NCBI GenBank assembly: GCA_965246885.1
Contig: OZ251992.1
Span: forward strand, 2,848,001-2,912,000
Reading direction: 5' to 3'
DNA: 64,000 nucleotides
Origin: Abditibacterium sp.
GTDB lineage: Bacteria; Armatimonadota; Abditibacteriia; Abditibacteriales; Abditibacteriaceae
How positions within the stretch are numbered: position 1 is the first letter of the stretch; each line of letters starts with the position of its first letter. Shown here in pieces: positions 28,249-37,307 of the stretch. The notes beneath the pieces are model-generated. The model was not told the origin of the DNA and ran no database searches. It was given only the letters and a program-made list of their open reading frames with translations. The position numbers and the translations under genes were made by a program.

Positions 28249-29631
28249 TTAGGCGCCAAGTCCTTTGGTCTTCTTTTTCGGCGCCGGGTAAACGGTGGGG
28301 CGACCGATGGAGTGATAAGTAAATCCCTTGTCGTGCATGGTTTCTAATTCATACACGTTGCGCCCATCGAAGATGATCGGCTCGCGCAGCATCTCGCGCA
28401 GGAAGGGGAAGTCCGGCTCGCGGAACTTGGGCCACTCGGTCACGATGATGAGCGCGTCGGCGCCCTCGCACACGTCGTAGTGGCGCTTCCCGAAGCGCAG
28501 CTTGTCGCCGAACTGCGCGCCGTGATGCTTCTCGACGGCTTCCATCGCTTCGGGGTCGTAGGCTACAATGGTCGCACCTCGCGCCACGAGTTCCTCAATG
28601 AGCACCAAAGCGGGCGCTTCGCGGATGTCGTCGGTGTTGGGCTTGAACGCCAAACCCCACATCGCCAACGTTTTGCCGCTCAAATCGCCGCCAAAGTGCG
28701 CTTCGATGCGCGGCAACAGCGTCTTCTTTTGGCGCTGATTGATGGCTTCGGTCGCTTCGAGCAACGACTGCGGCGCGCCGAATTCGCGCCCCGTAGCGAC
28801 CAAAGCCTGCACGTCCTTGGGAAAGCAGGAGCCGCCGTAGCCGGTGCCCGCGAACAAAAAGCGCTTGCCGATGCGGGAATCGAGACCCACGCCCAAGCGC
28901 ACTTTGTCCACGTCGGCGCCGCAGCGTTCGCACAGCGTGGCGATGTCGTTCATGAAGCTGATGCGCAGCGCGAGCATGGAGTTGGCGGCGTATTTCGTGA
29001 GTTCCGCCGAACGCGCGTCCATAACGAGCAAGGGGTTGCCGCTCATCAGGAACGGGTGGTAGAGGTCGCGCATTAAACGTTCGGCGCGGTGCGGGTCGGT
29101 CGAGCCGTCGTTGATGCCAATCACCACGCGCTCCGGCTTGAGGAAGTCGTCAACGGCCACGCCTTCGCGCAGGAATTCGGGGTTGGACACGACATCGAAC
29201 TCGCCTTTGGCGTGCTCCGAGACCGCCGCGCGCACTTTGTCGGCGGTGCCAACGGGCACGGTGGACTTGGTGACGACGACTTTGTAGCCCGAATCGCGCG
29301 TGAGCAGTTTGCCGATGTCGTGCGAAGCGCCCAACACGTATTTGAGGTCGGCGGCGCCATCGGCACCGGGCGGCGTGGGAAGCGCGAGGAAGATAATCTC
29401 GGCGTCTTTGATGGCACCCGCGAGGTCGTGGGTGAACAAGAGGCGCTCTTCGCGGCTGTTGCGCTTGAACAAGTGTTCCAGCCCCGGCTCGTAGATGGGC
29501 AGTTCGCCCGCGCGCAAGCGTTCGAGCTTTTCGAGGTTGACATCCACGCAAGTCACGTCGTTGCCCGCCTCGGCGAAGCAAACGCCCGCGACAAGGCCGA
29601 CATATCCGGTTCCAATGACAGCTAATTTCAT
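28249..29631 (-). CDS. ugd: UDP-glucose 6-dehydrogenase
   Basis: IGTGYVGLV, KSTVPVGT, SNPEFLREG, GYGGSCFPKD, GLAFKPNTDDIRE. Confidence 0.97.
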   Translation of the reverse strand: MKLAVIGTGYVGLVAGVCFAEAGNDVTCVDVNLEKLERLRAGELPIYEPGLEHLFKRNSREERLLFTHDLAGAIKDAEIIFLALPTPPGADGAADLKYVLGASHDIGKLLTRDSGYKVVVTKSTVPVGTADKVRAAVSEHAKGEFDVVSNPEFLREGVAVDDFLKPERVVIGINDGSTDPHRAERLMRDLYHPFLMSGNPLLVMDARSAELTKYAANSMLALRISFMNDIATLCERCGADVDKVRLGVGLDSRIGKRFLFAGTGYGGSCFPKDVQALVATGREFGAPQSLLEATEAINQRQKKTLLPRIEAHFGGDLSGKTLAMWGLAFKPNTDDIREAPALVLIEELVARGATIVAYDPEAMEAVEKHHGAQFGDKLRFGKRHYDVCEGADALIIVTEWPKFREPDFPFLREMLREPIIFDGRNVYELETMHDKGFTYHSIGRPTVYPAPKKKTKGLGA

Positions 29632-29726
29632 ACGAAAGCTTCGGGCGCCGCCCGAAGAGATGCACGCAGTATGAACCCGTTTGGCCTTTGACCGCCGCCC
29701 CAAACGCCTATGCACCCCTCATAGCG

Positions 29727-30040
29727 TCATTTGCCAGCTACACCTTGGCGCCAGAAGTAGAAGTACTTCACGCCGTTAATGGTCGCGTTGGCGCCCGTCT
29801 AGTCGGCAATGTCGCAGGTGTGCTTCATCCACTTGGTGTGAGCGTCAGCGAAAAGATAGTTCGCGCCTTCGAGATGGTGCTGAGTGAGTCCGAGCGTGGC
29901 ATCGTATGACGCAGCAGAATTAGTCGGGTCGGCGGTGCCGGAGCCTTGCTGCAAGTAGGCGTCAGAAAGAGGGAACACTGGGTCTGAGGTACCAACTCGT
30001 TCGGGAACGGCGATAGTCTCTGTTTGCACCGAGTTTTCTA
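29727..30040 (-). pseudogene. C-terminal remnant of a DUF1559 / H-X9-DG prepilin-type protein
   Basis: HLEGANYLFADAHTKW (DG changed to DA); internal TAG at 29799-29801 with frame continuing TGANATINGVKYFYFWRQGVAGK*; N-terminus missing. Confidence 0.75.
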
Positions 30041-30042
30041 AA

Positions 30043-31146
30043 CTACTTAATGCGCCATAGCGCTATGGTGCCGTCTTTATAACCACTTGAAAGCGTGTTG
30101 CCGTCGGGCGACCACGCGAGTGCGGTGACTGACCCGTTATGCAGTGTTAGCGTTCTTTGCTTCTTTCCTGTAATCCTATTCCACACCATAACTGCACCAG
30201 CATCGTTTCCACTTGCAAGCGTTTGTGAATTAGGCGAAATTGCAAGCTCTGTCAACGATTGCCGTGTATCAATAGTCTTGGTAATTTGGCCAGTCTTCAC
30301 GTTCCAGAAGCAGATGACACTACTCCTGACGCTAAATCGCTGATGTACGCTTATAATCATCTGTAAGTTGGGTGAGAGGGCAACGGTATTGACGCTATTC
30401 TCTGGAGCTGCAGAAGTAAAATTAAACTGTCGCACCATTTTCCCACTTTGCAGACTCCAGAGTTTTAGCAAACCACCCCGCAGACCCACTACGACCATGC
30501 TATTATCAGCCGAGAACCTCAGCACTTGCACTTTATCAGAGTTTTTAACCAAAAGCGTCGGATGCCGGACGTTCGTCAAGCGCCACAGAGACCAAGAGCC
30601 GTAATCGCTGCCCCCACCTGCACCGCAACCGTCTGCCGCCGCCGCTAATACGTCCCCCTGAGGCGAAAACTCGATATTCCCTAACGGGCAATCAGGATTC
30701 ATCCACAAGCGTTTCCCGTTTTTGGCGTCCCGTAGTTCCAGATAATAATCTGGCGAGTAAAGACCATGATGCTGATTATCATCGATATTACCGCCCGCGA
30801 CGGCAGCAATCCGATAGTCAGGCGAGAAAGAAGCACCATCCTTCGAGTAGGCCAACTGCTGCTCCAAAGCGAAAGAATGAGCGTTTATCAGAAGCGTTTG
30901 TTCGTCCTGATCCTGTTTCCACCCGGTTGCCGTGAGGTGCTGGCCGTTCTTTGAAAAGGCGAGACGTAGAACCGCGCTGCCGAAAAGTTTACGGGAGCGT
31001 GGTCGCCAAGATACCTGCGCAACTAATAACCATGTCAAGAGGGCGAGCATCGTTGAAAGCAAGACTCCTTTTTTGCAAGTTGAGATGATGTGTCTTTTCA
31101 TGCGGGCATCCTTCGCAGGTAAATTAGCAGAGTCATTTGATGACAA
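30043..31146 (-). CDS. WD40-repeat beta-propeller protein, exported or membrane-anchored
   Basis: Repeated LAFS/FSP.G..LAS...DG.I.LW units; N-terminal hydrophobic helix; AT-richer than flanks. Confidence 0.9.
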   Translation of the reverse strand: MSSNDSANLPAKDARMKRHIISTCKKGVLLSTMLALLTWLLVAQVSWRPRSRKLFGSAVLRLAFSKNGQHLTATGWKQDQDEQTLLINAHSFALEQQLAYSKDGASFSPDYRIAAVAGGNIDDNQHHGLYSPDYYLELRDAKNGKRLWMNPDCPLGNIEFSPQGDVLAAAADGCGAGGGSDYGSWSLWRLTNVRHPTLLVKNSDKVQVLRFSADNSMVVVGLRGGLLKLWSLQSGKMVRQFNFTSAAPENSVNTVALSPNLQMIISVHQRFSVRSSVICFWNVKTGQITKTIDTRQSLTELAISPNSQTLASGNDAGAVMVWNRITGKKQRTLTLHNGSVTALAWSPDGNTLSSGYKDGTIALWRIK

Positions 31147-31168
31147 TGTTGATATACCTATGAATTAG

Positions 31169-33730
31169 TCATTTCAGAGGCCCAATGTAAATGCCCTGCT
31201 CCTTCCACCATGCAATAACGGTGGTGGAGGTGGGGGAACTAACCGGAGCATCAAAAGGCTGAGATGAAGGATTAGAACCGTAAGTTTGAGGAAGATCGTT
31301 TGGAAGTCTCTGGCCCCACAGGTGGGGTTGTCGATCTCCAACGCCCCATAATCGGCACAGATCCCAACCGAAACCTGTCATGTAAGAACCCGTACGTAGC
31401 CACCCTTTTCCGGGAGCTTGCCCGATTTGCATGAAGCGCGTCAGACGCACATCGCCGGATACATCATGCCCTTTGATTGGTGCGCCAAATGCGGCAGCAA
31501 ATTCGCCCCCATCCGTGATGGATGAAGTCCTCATCATGGAAAGACGCTTGCGCGATTTCACGGTGCTGCCCGTGTTTTGTATCCAGTAATGAAGCCGCAC
31601 CTGATCACCAGAGCTATAAGTCATGCGATCTCCATAAAAAACGCGAATTGGGCGATCTGGCTTTCCACCATTCTTGCCTGGAAGCGCAGAGCCTTCAGGA
31701 TGCATTTCAAGGTATGGACGCCATCTGCCATTGCTCCCAGGCCCGTAGATCAAACCAAAGTCAGCGTTACCAACTCGGTCTTTTCTAGTGGAACTTGTAT
31801 TGAGGGGATCGTTGTCGCTGTTGATGCAGGCAAACGCGTTTTCAGAGGTTTTTATGGCTCGACGTTTCGGGTCTACAAAATTCTTGATGTTGCCTGTTAT
31901 GACGGTGTTGCCGAGTATGACGTCGCAGGAGGCTTCACGGTATCCTGGCCCAGTAGTCGTCCCATGATAAGGGCCACCGGAGAGAAAACGGGGGAACTGC
32001 CGAGGATGAATAGTCCCCGGATGAACACTCCTCAGCGCCAGTGATGCGCTTGAGCTACCCGAAGTATCTGGATCAGAGGCTGACGGCCCTGCCAAAGCGA
32101 TAGAAGTTCCGTCTCGGAGAGTGAAATTGCCACTTTGATCCAACGTTCCTGACGGCAATAGTTGCTGCGAGCTTCCGTTTTCGTAGAGTGCTCCATCAGG
32201 TCCCATGATAGTGAAATCATCGGTTGGCTGAATTGGGTCATCGTCCAGATAATTGGATGCGTCAGCGATAGTTCTGGCTACCCCTAAAATTTGTGCGGGG
32301 TCGCGGCTATCCCAAGGAATCGCATTGGGGTCAACAATGTCGCTGTCTTCGTCCGAAGGGACACTTTGCGTGTTGTCTGTTGCCACCGTCTTAACGGTGT
32401 AAAAATATTCCGTTCCGTTCGTTAGGCCAGTATCCGTGAACATGAGCGTGACGCTGCCAGAATAACTTGGCGTGCCCGCTACGAGTGTGCTATTGAGGGG
32501 ACGGGCGTAATCTTCACCTCCAGAACTGGTGCTGCGATAAACATTGTAGCCTTTTGCACCCAGCACCTTTTCCCAATAAAGCGTAATTTTACCGCTCCCC
32601 GTTGAGACAATATAGAGACCTATCGGCGTCGGCGGTGGTGGCAGCACTTCGGCGTCCACGACGACGCGGTAGTTTCCTTCGGAGACGATGCCAAACAGGA
32701 ACTCCACGTTGATACTGGCCCCCGGAGCCAGACCGCCCGTAGGCAAAGGCGCCGTCCACGAAGAACCCAAGCCGCCGCCGTTGCCGCGTGTGCCACTGGT
32801 GGCAGTGAGGGGGACTTCGGTGGGGGTAGTGGGGGCGTCTATAGTCATGCCAACGGCGGCTTGTTGGATGACGTTGTTCGCGTCGTAGTAGCGCACGCCG
32901 CCCGACGAGATGGCACGCAGGTTGGCGATGCCGCTCGTGGTGCTGTTCCCGGTCGTGCCTGCCACGATGCGAAAGCGTAGCAGTGTCGCGGTGGTGCCCG
33001 TGTTGTTCGTGATGGTGCGGCGGATGGTGACGCGCCCGGTTGTGTCAATGGTGCTTCCTTTGCTGGCGTAGCGTGCAATGGGGTAAACGCCGGGGATGTT
33101 CATCGCCGTGTTGGGCAAACCCGTGTTGTTTTGGATCGGGCTGAGGCTGTTTTGTGGCCCCGGTGCCCCTAAGCGGGCGCCCGTAAGCGGCCCAACGCCC
33201 GTGCCGTCCACCGTGCTTTGCGTGCCACTGGTGTCCACCAAGTTGAAGTCGGCGACGTCGTTGCCTGTGTGGGCGGGATAACCCAACTCCAAGCGGCGCG
33301 TATAGCTGTATTGGTTCGTGGGGCTGGAGGGCGCGGCGGTGAGGGACAGGTTGCTGACCGTATCAACCACTGCCCCAGCCGCGTTCTTGAGCGTGAGCGT
33401 CGAGCCAAGGGCGATGTCGCCAGTGTAAGTTATGTCCCCAGTTGCGGAAGCGTTCAGCGAGTAGCCACCCGCATTGGTCAGCAGTAGATGCCCGCCCGCC
33501 GGGATGATTTTGCCACTGAAGTTGATACCCGCCAAAGGCGCCGTGACAGTGCCCGCCACAAGCGTGTAGCCCGTCATATCCACCGACGCAGTTCCCGGAT
33601 TCGCCAATTCGATGAACTCGTCTTGCGCTCCGCCGGGGCCACCGAAGCGAAACTCTGATATCACTACACCGGTGGGCGCGCTTTGCGCTTTGGCCCGCGA
33701 AGTTCCTACACCCAACAGGGAAATCATCAA
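31169..33730 (-). CDS. Modular secreted protein: lamin-tail domain, Ig-like module, FN3, unique C-terminal domain
   Basis: VVISEFRFGG...DEFIELAN (LTD); LAPGASINVEFLFG; LYWEKVLGAKGYNVYRS...GLTNGTEYFY (FN3). Confidence 0.85.
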   Translation of the reverse strand: MMISLLGVGTSRAKAQSAPTGVVISEFRFGGPGGAQDEFIELANPGTASVDMTGYTLVAGTVTAPLAGINFSGKIIPAGGHLLLTNAGGYSLNASATGDITYTGDIALGSTLTLKNAAGAVVDTVSNLSLTAAPSSPTNQYSYTRRLELGYPAHTGNDVADFNLVDTSGTQSTVDGTGVGPLTGARLGAPGPQNSLSPIQNNTGLPNTAMNIPGVYPIARYASKGSTIDTTGRVTIRRTITNNTGTTATLLRFRIVAGTTGNSTTSGIANLRAISSGGVRYYDANNVIQQAAVGMTIDAPTTPTEVPLTATSGTRGNGGGLGSSWTAPLPTGGLAPGASINVEFLFGIVSEGNYRVVVDAEVLPPPPTPIGLYIVSTGSGKITLYWEKVLGAKGYNVYRSTSSGGEDYARPLNSTLVAGTPSYSGSVTLMFTDTGLTNGTEYFYTVKTVATDNTQSVPSDEDSDIVDPNAIPWDSRDPAQILGVARTIADASNYLDDDPIQPTDDFTIMGPDGALYENGSSQQLLPSGTLDQSGNFTLRDGTSIALAGPSASDPDTSGSSSASLALRSVHPGTIHPRQFPRFLSGGPYHGTTTGPGYREASCDVILGNTVITGNIKNFVDPKRRAIKTSENAFACINSDNDPLNTSSTRKDRVGNADFGLIYGPGSNGRWRPYLEMHPEGSALPGKNGGKPDRPIRVFYGDRMTYSSGDQVRLHYWIQNTGSTVKSRKRLSMMRTSSITDGGEFAAAFGAPIKGHDVSGDVRLTRFMQIGQAPGKGWLRTGSYMTGFGWDLCRLWGVGDRQPHLWGQRLPNDLPQTYGSNPSSQPFDAPVSSPTSTTVIAWWKEQGIYIGPLK

Positions 33731-33750
33731 GAATCCACAAAAGAGGGCGC

Positions 33751-33779
33751 CCGGCGCCTTCTCTTAGAGAAGGCGCCGG
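33751..33779. repeat. Perfect 13-bp inverted repeat just upstream of the LTD gene
   Basis: CCGGCGCCTTCTC-TTA-GAGAAGGCGCCGG. Confidence 0.8.
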
Positions 33780-34027
33780 AGTGCGCGGGATTGGGAAGTG
33801 CGTTCGCGGGGCTGAATCGGGTGCATGAGAATGGGCCAATGGCGCGTTTTTCCGCGCGACACCTCAACTTTCTCACAACCACGCGGATGACGCAAGGGCA
33901 GAAAGATTAAATTTTCGATTTATTTTCGGAGCGCGGGGACTTGTCACCGCTTTGGCCCAGCCGACTTGTCGGCATCCTTTCGAGAAATAGAACGTTTCAC
34001 GCGGCAAATGGCGAAGATGGAAGCGTA

Positions 34028-34198
34028 GCAGACGTCGTTTGCGCGTTGATTGTCGTCGGTGGCGTCTTAACTGACGTCGTTTGCGCGTTGATTGTCGTCG
34101 GTGGCGCCTTAACTGACGTCGTTTGCGTCTTGATTAACGTCGTTGCTGCCTTAACTGACGTCGTTTGCGTCTTGATTAACGTCGTTTGTCTGTCAACT
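34028..34198. repeat. 21-bp periodic tandem repeat with 42-bp higher-order unit
   Basis: CGTCG at 34033, 34054, 34075, 34096, 34117, 34138, 34159, 34180. Confidence 0.93.
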
Positions 34199-34322
34199 CA
34201 TTAAGGAAAAAGCGGGAAGGGCGCGCTTTGCGCATTGGACAAGGCACTCGCTGACGCTTCGCGTTCTTGGTTTTCGGTCTCCGATACCCTTAGCTGGCTC
34301 AACACCCCAAACTGTTCTCCTG

Positions 34323-36566
34323 ATGCCTGCCGCCACTTCTCCCCGCAAACGTCCTGCACTCGCTTCGCCGTCTCCTGCTGATTTTGACGCCAAGATTTTA
34401 GAGCGCGTGTTTGCGCCGGGCGGGGCGCTTGAACTCCAGATGAAAGCGCTGGGGCGTGAGTTCGAGGCGCGGCCCGAACAGTTGGAGATGGCGCGCGCGG
34501 TTTCGAGTAGCGCGCGCGACGGGGCGCATTTGCTGGTCGAGGCGGGCACGGGCGTGGGCAAATCGTATGCGTATCTCGTGCCCCTGCTCATCTGGGCGCT
34601 CGACAATAAGAAGCGCGTGTTGGTCGCAACCGGAACTAAAGCTCTGCAAGGGCAACTCGTCGAGCGCGACTTGCCCTTCTTGCGGCAGATGTTTTTGCAG
34701 AACTTCAACCGCGACTTCGCGTTCGCGCTGTGCTTGGGCACCAGCAACTACATTTGCCCGCGCCGCTTGGCTAAAGCGCAGGTCGCGGGCTTGTTTGCGT
34801 CCGATAAGGAAGTCGAGGCGCTCGCCAAAATCCAAGAGTTTGCCGCCCGCACCAAAACGGGACGCGGCACGGATTTAAAAATCGAGCCGCCTGCCGCGTT
34901 GTGGGCGCAGGTCAACCGCGAGTCGGACTTGTGCATGGGGCGCGCTTGCAACTTGTATGACCAGTCGTTCTTTTTCAAGGCGCGGCGCGAAGCCGAGAAA
35001 GCGCAGGTGCTCGTGGCGAACCACCATCTCCTTTTCGCGCACCTTGCGGCAGGCGGCAACGCGGGTGGGGTGATGCCGCCCTTTGATGCCGTCGTGATAG
35101 ACGAAGCGCACGGCGTCGAGGATGTCGCCTCTTCCTACTTGGGCGCGGAAGTTTCCAACTTGGGCGCCGCCAAACTCATCGAGATGATCGCTTCGCGCCG
35201 GTCGGGGCGCACGCTCATCTCCACCGCCAAATTCCCCGACAAAGCGCTGCATGAGCGCGCACTCACCGAAGCCGCGCAAGTCGCGCGTGAAGCCGTCGGG
35301 CAGTTCTTCGAGGAGTTGCAATTGGCCGTGAAGTTGGAGCCTAACCGTAGTTCCAACGTGCGCATGACGCGCGCGAACCTCTTGGAGAACCGCTTGGAAG
35401 AGCCGCTCAAAGTGCTGGAAGACGTGCTCAACCGCGCGCGCACGATGGCGGATGTGTCGGGCGACGAGCCGCTCGCCAAAGAGTTGGAAGGCTTCGCGGG
35501 GCGTAGCGCCGAGATGCGCCGCGCCGCGAAACTCATCGTTTCGCAGTCGGAAGCGGGCTACGTGTATTGGGCGAGCGCCGCGCCGCGTTTGGGGGACGGC
35601 ATCGGAAGCGCCGCGCGCGTGCCAAGGTTGTCGGTGCATGGCGCGCCCATTGAGGTGTCCGAAGCCCTACGCGAGGGGCTGTTCGGGAAGTTCAAGCCGG
35701 TCATCTTAACCAGCGCCACGCTTACAACGGGCGCCTCGTTCGACTTCCTCATTGACCGCTTGGGCCTGAACGCCGCGCCCGAAGAAGAAGGGGACAAAGC
35801 GATAACCGCCGTCGCGCCCATCTTCCGCGCCAAGCAAACCGAGAAGCTGCAAGGCGCCACGCCGGAAGAACTCGCCGCGAGTGCCAAACCCATCGAGCCG
35901 CCCCGCACCCTCACGCTCGGTAGCCCGTTCGATTACCCGAAGAACGCGCTCGTTTACGTCGCGGCGGACTTACCCTCGCCCAAAAACAATGTCTCGATGT
36001 GGGAAGAAGCGGCGGTCAAACGCTGCGCGGAAGTCGTCAAGCGCACCGAGGGCCGCGCCTTTGTGCTGTGCACCAGTTTCCGCTTGGTAGATCAAGTCGC
36101 CGCTTTTTTGGAGCGCGTGTTGGGGCGGCAAATTCGCATCTTGCGCCAAGGTGAAATGGCGCGTGGCGCGTTGTTGGATGAGTTCCGCCGCGACGTGCAC
36201 TCGGTGTTGGTGGGCACAACGAGCTTCTGGCAGGGCGTGGATGTGCCGGGCGAGAGCTTGTCGTGCGTGGTCATTATGAAGCTGCCCTTCGCCGTGCCCG
36301 ACGAGCCGATGATTCAAGCGCGCGTCGAGGAAATCAAGGCGCGCGGCGGTGACGCCTTCGGCTCCTACCAAGTCCCCCAAGCCGTGATGCTGTTTCGCCA
36401 AGGCTTCGGGCGCCTCATCCGCACCGCGAGCGACAAGGGCGTCGTCGCCATCCTCGACCCGCGCGTCAAAAGCGAGCGCTACGGCCAAACATTCCTCGAC
36501 TCGCTCCCGCCGTGCGAGGTCACGAACCAGATTGAAAGGCTGTCGCTGTTTTGCGCGGGGATGTGA
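34323..36566 (+). CDS. dinG: DinG/YoaA-family ATP-dependent helicase
   Basis: EAGTGVGKS, NYICPRR, VANHHL, IDEAH, LTSATL, SFWQGVDVPG, QGFGRLIR. Confidence 0.93.
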   Translation: MPAATSPRKRPALASPSPADFDAKILERVFAPGGALELQMKALGREFEARPEQLEMARAVSSSARDGAHLLVEAGTGVGKSYAYLVPLLIWALDNKKRVLVATGTKALQGQLVERDLPFLRQMFLQNFNRDFAFALCLGTSNYICPRRLAKAQVAGLFASDKEVEALAKIQEFAARTKTGRGTDLKIEPPAALWAQVNRESDLCMGRACNLYDQSFFFKARREAEKAQVLVANHHLLFAHLAAGGNAGGVMPPFDAVVIDEAHGVEDVASSYLGAEVSNLGAAKLIEMIASRRSGRTLISTAKFPDKALHERALTEAAQVAREAVGQFFEELQLAVKLEPNRSSNVRMTRANLLENRLEEPLKVLEDVLNRARTMADVSGDEPLAKELEGFAGRSAEMRRAAKLIVSQSEAGYVYWASAAPRLGDGIGSAARVPRLSVHGAPIEVSEALREGLFGKFKPVILTSATLTTGASFDFLIDRLGLNAAPEEEGDKAITAVAPIFRAKQTEKLQGATPEELAASAKPIEPPRTLTLGSPFDYPKNALVYVAADLPSPKNNVSMWEEAAVKRCAEVVKRTEGRAFVLCTSFRLVDQVAAFLERVLGRQIRILRQGEMARGALLDEFRRDVHSVLVGTTSFWQGVDVPGESLSCVVIMKLPFAVPDEPMIQARVEEIKARGGDAFGSYQVPQAVMLFRQGFGRLIRTASDKGVVAILDPRVKSERYGQTFLDSLPPCEVTNQIERLSLFCAGM

Positions 36567-36578
36567 CGCCTACCGCCC

Positions 36579-37280
36579 ATGCTCATCCAAGTCCTCCTTT
36601 TCGCATCGCTCAAAGACGCGCTCGGCACCGACCAACTGGCGCTCGAACTGCCCGCAGGCGCGCGCGTTGCCGATGTTTTGCACGCCTTGGCCGAGCGCGA
36701 GCCGAAGATAACGCCTTGGCTCCAACACGTGCGCGTCGCGCGCAACTTGGACTACGCGGCAGCAGACGAAGAAGTGCGGCAAGGCGACGAAATCGCGCTC
36801 ATTCCACCGGTGTCGGGCGGAAGCAGTTCCATCTTGCCCAATGGTTACGCCCCGTTCGTCGCGGTGCGGACGGAGGAGATTTCCTTAGAGGAGGTCGCGC
36901 GCTGGGTAGAAGAGCAGACGCGCGGGAGGGCGGGCGCGGTCTGCACCTTCGCGGGTTATGCGCGCTCAACTTCGCGCGACCCCGACGGCGCTTGGCACGA
37001 TGACATCGAGTTCTTGGACTACGAAGCCTACATCCCGATGGCCGAAGCCAAGCTGCGCGAGATAGCGCTCGAAGTTGCAGGGAAGTGGGATGCGGCGTGC
37101 GCCGTCACGCACCGCATCGGGCGCCTTTCGGTCGGGGAGCCGAGCGTGTTCATCGCCGTTGCGAGCGCGCACCGCGCCGCCAGTTTCGAGGCGTGCCGCT
37201 TCGTCATTGAGGAAATCAAAGTCCGCGTGCCCATTTGGAAGCGCGAACAAGCGCGCGACGGCGCGTGGTGGAAGGAGTAA
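36579..37280 (+). CDS. Fused molybdopterin synthase (MoaD-MoaE, MoaX-like)
   Basis: VLLFASLKD...IALIPPVSGG followed by LDYEAY, HRIGRL, HRAASF, VPIWKRE. Confidence 0.93.
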   Translation: MLIQVLLFASLKDALGTDQLALELPAGARVADVLHALAEREPKITPWLQHVRVARNLDYAAADEEVRQGDEIALIPPVSGGSSSILPNGYAPFVAVRTEEISLEEVARWVEEQTRGRAGAVCTFAGYARSTSRDPDGAWHDDIEFLDYEAYIPMAEAKLREIALEVAGKWDAACAVTHRIGRLSVGEPSVFIAVASAHRAASFEACRFVIEEIKVRVPIWKREQARDGAWWKE

Positions 37281-37307
37281 GACGCTGCTCCTTCCACCAT
37301 TCGAGGC

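Noticed and set aside
34028..36566. Repeat array next to DinG as a type IV CRISPR locus
   Set aside because: Units are contiguous with no unique spacers, there are no cas genes, and the helicase looks like the housekeeping YoaA/DinG type
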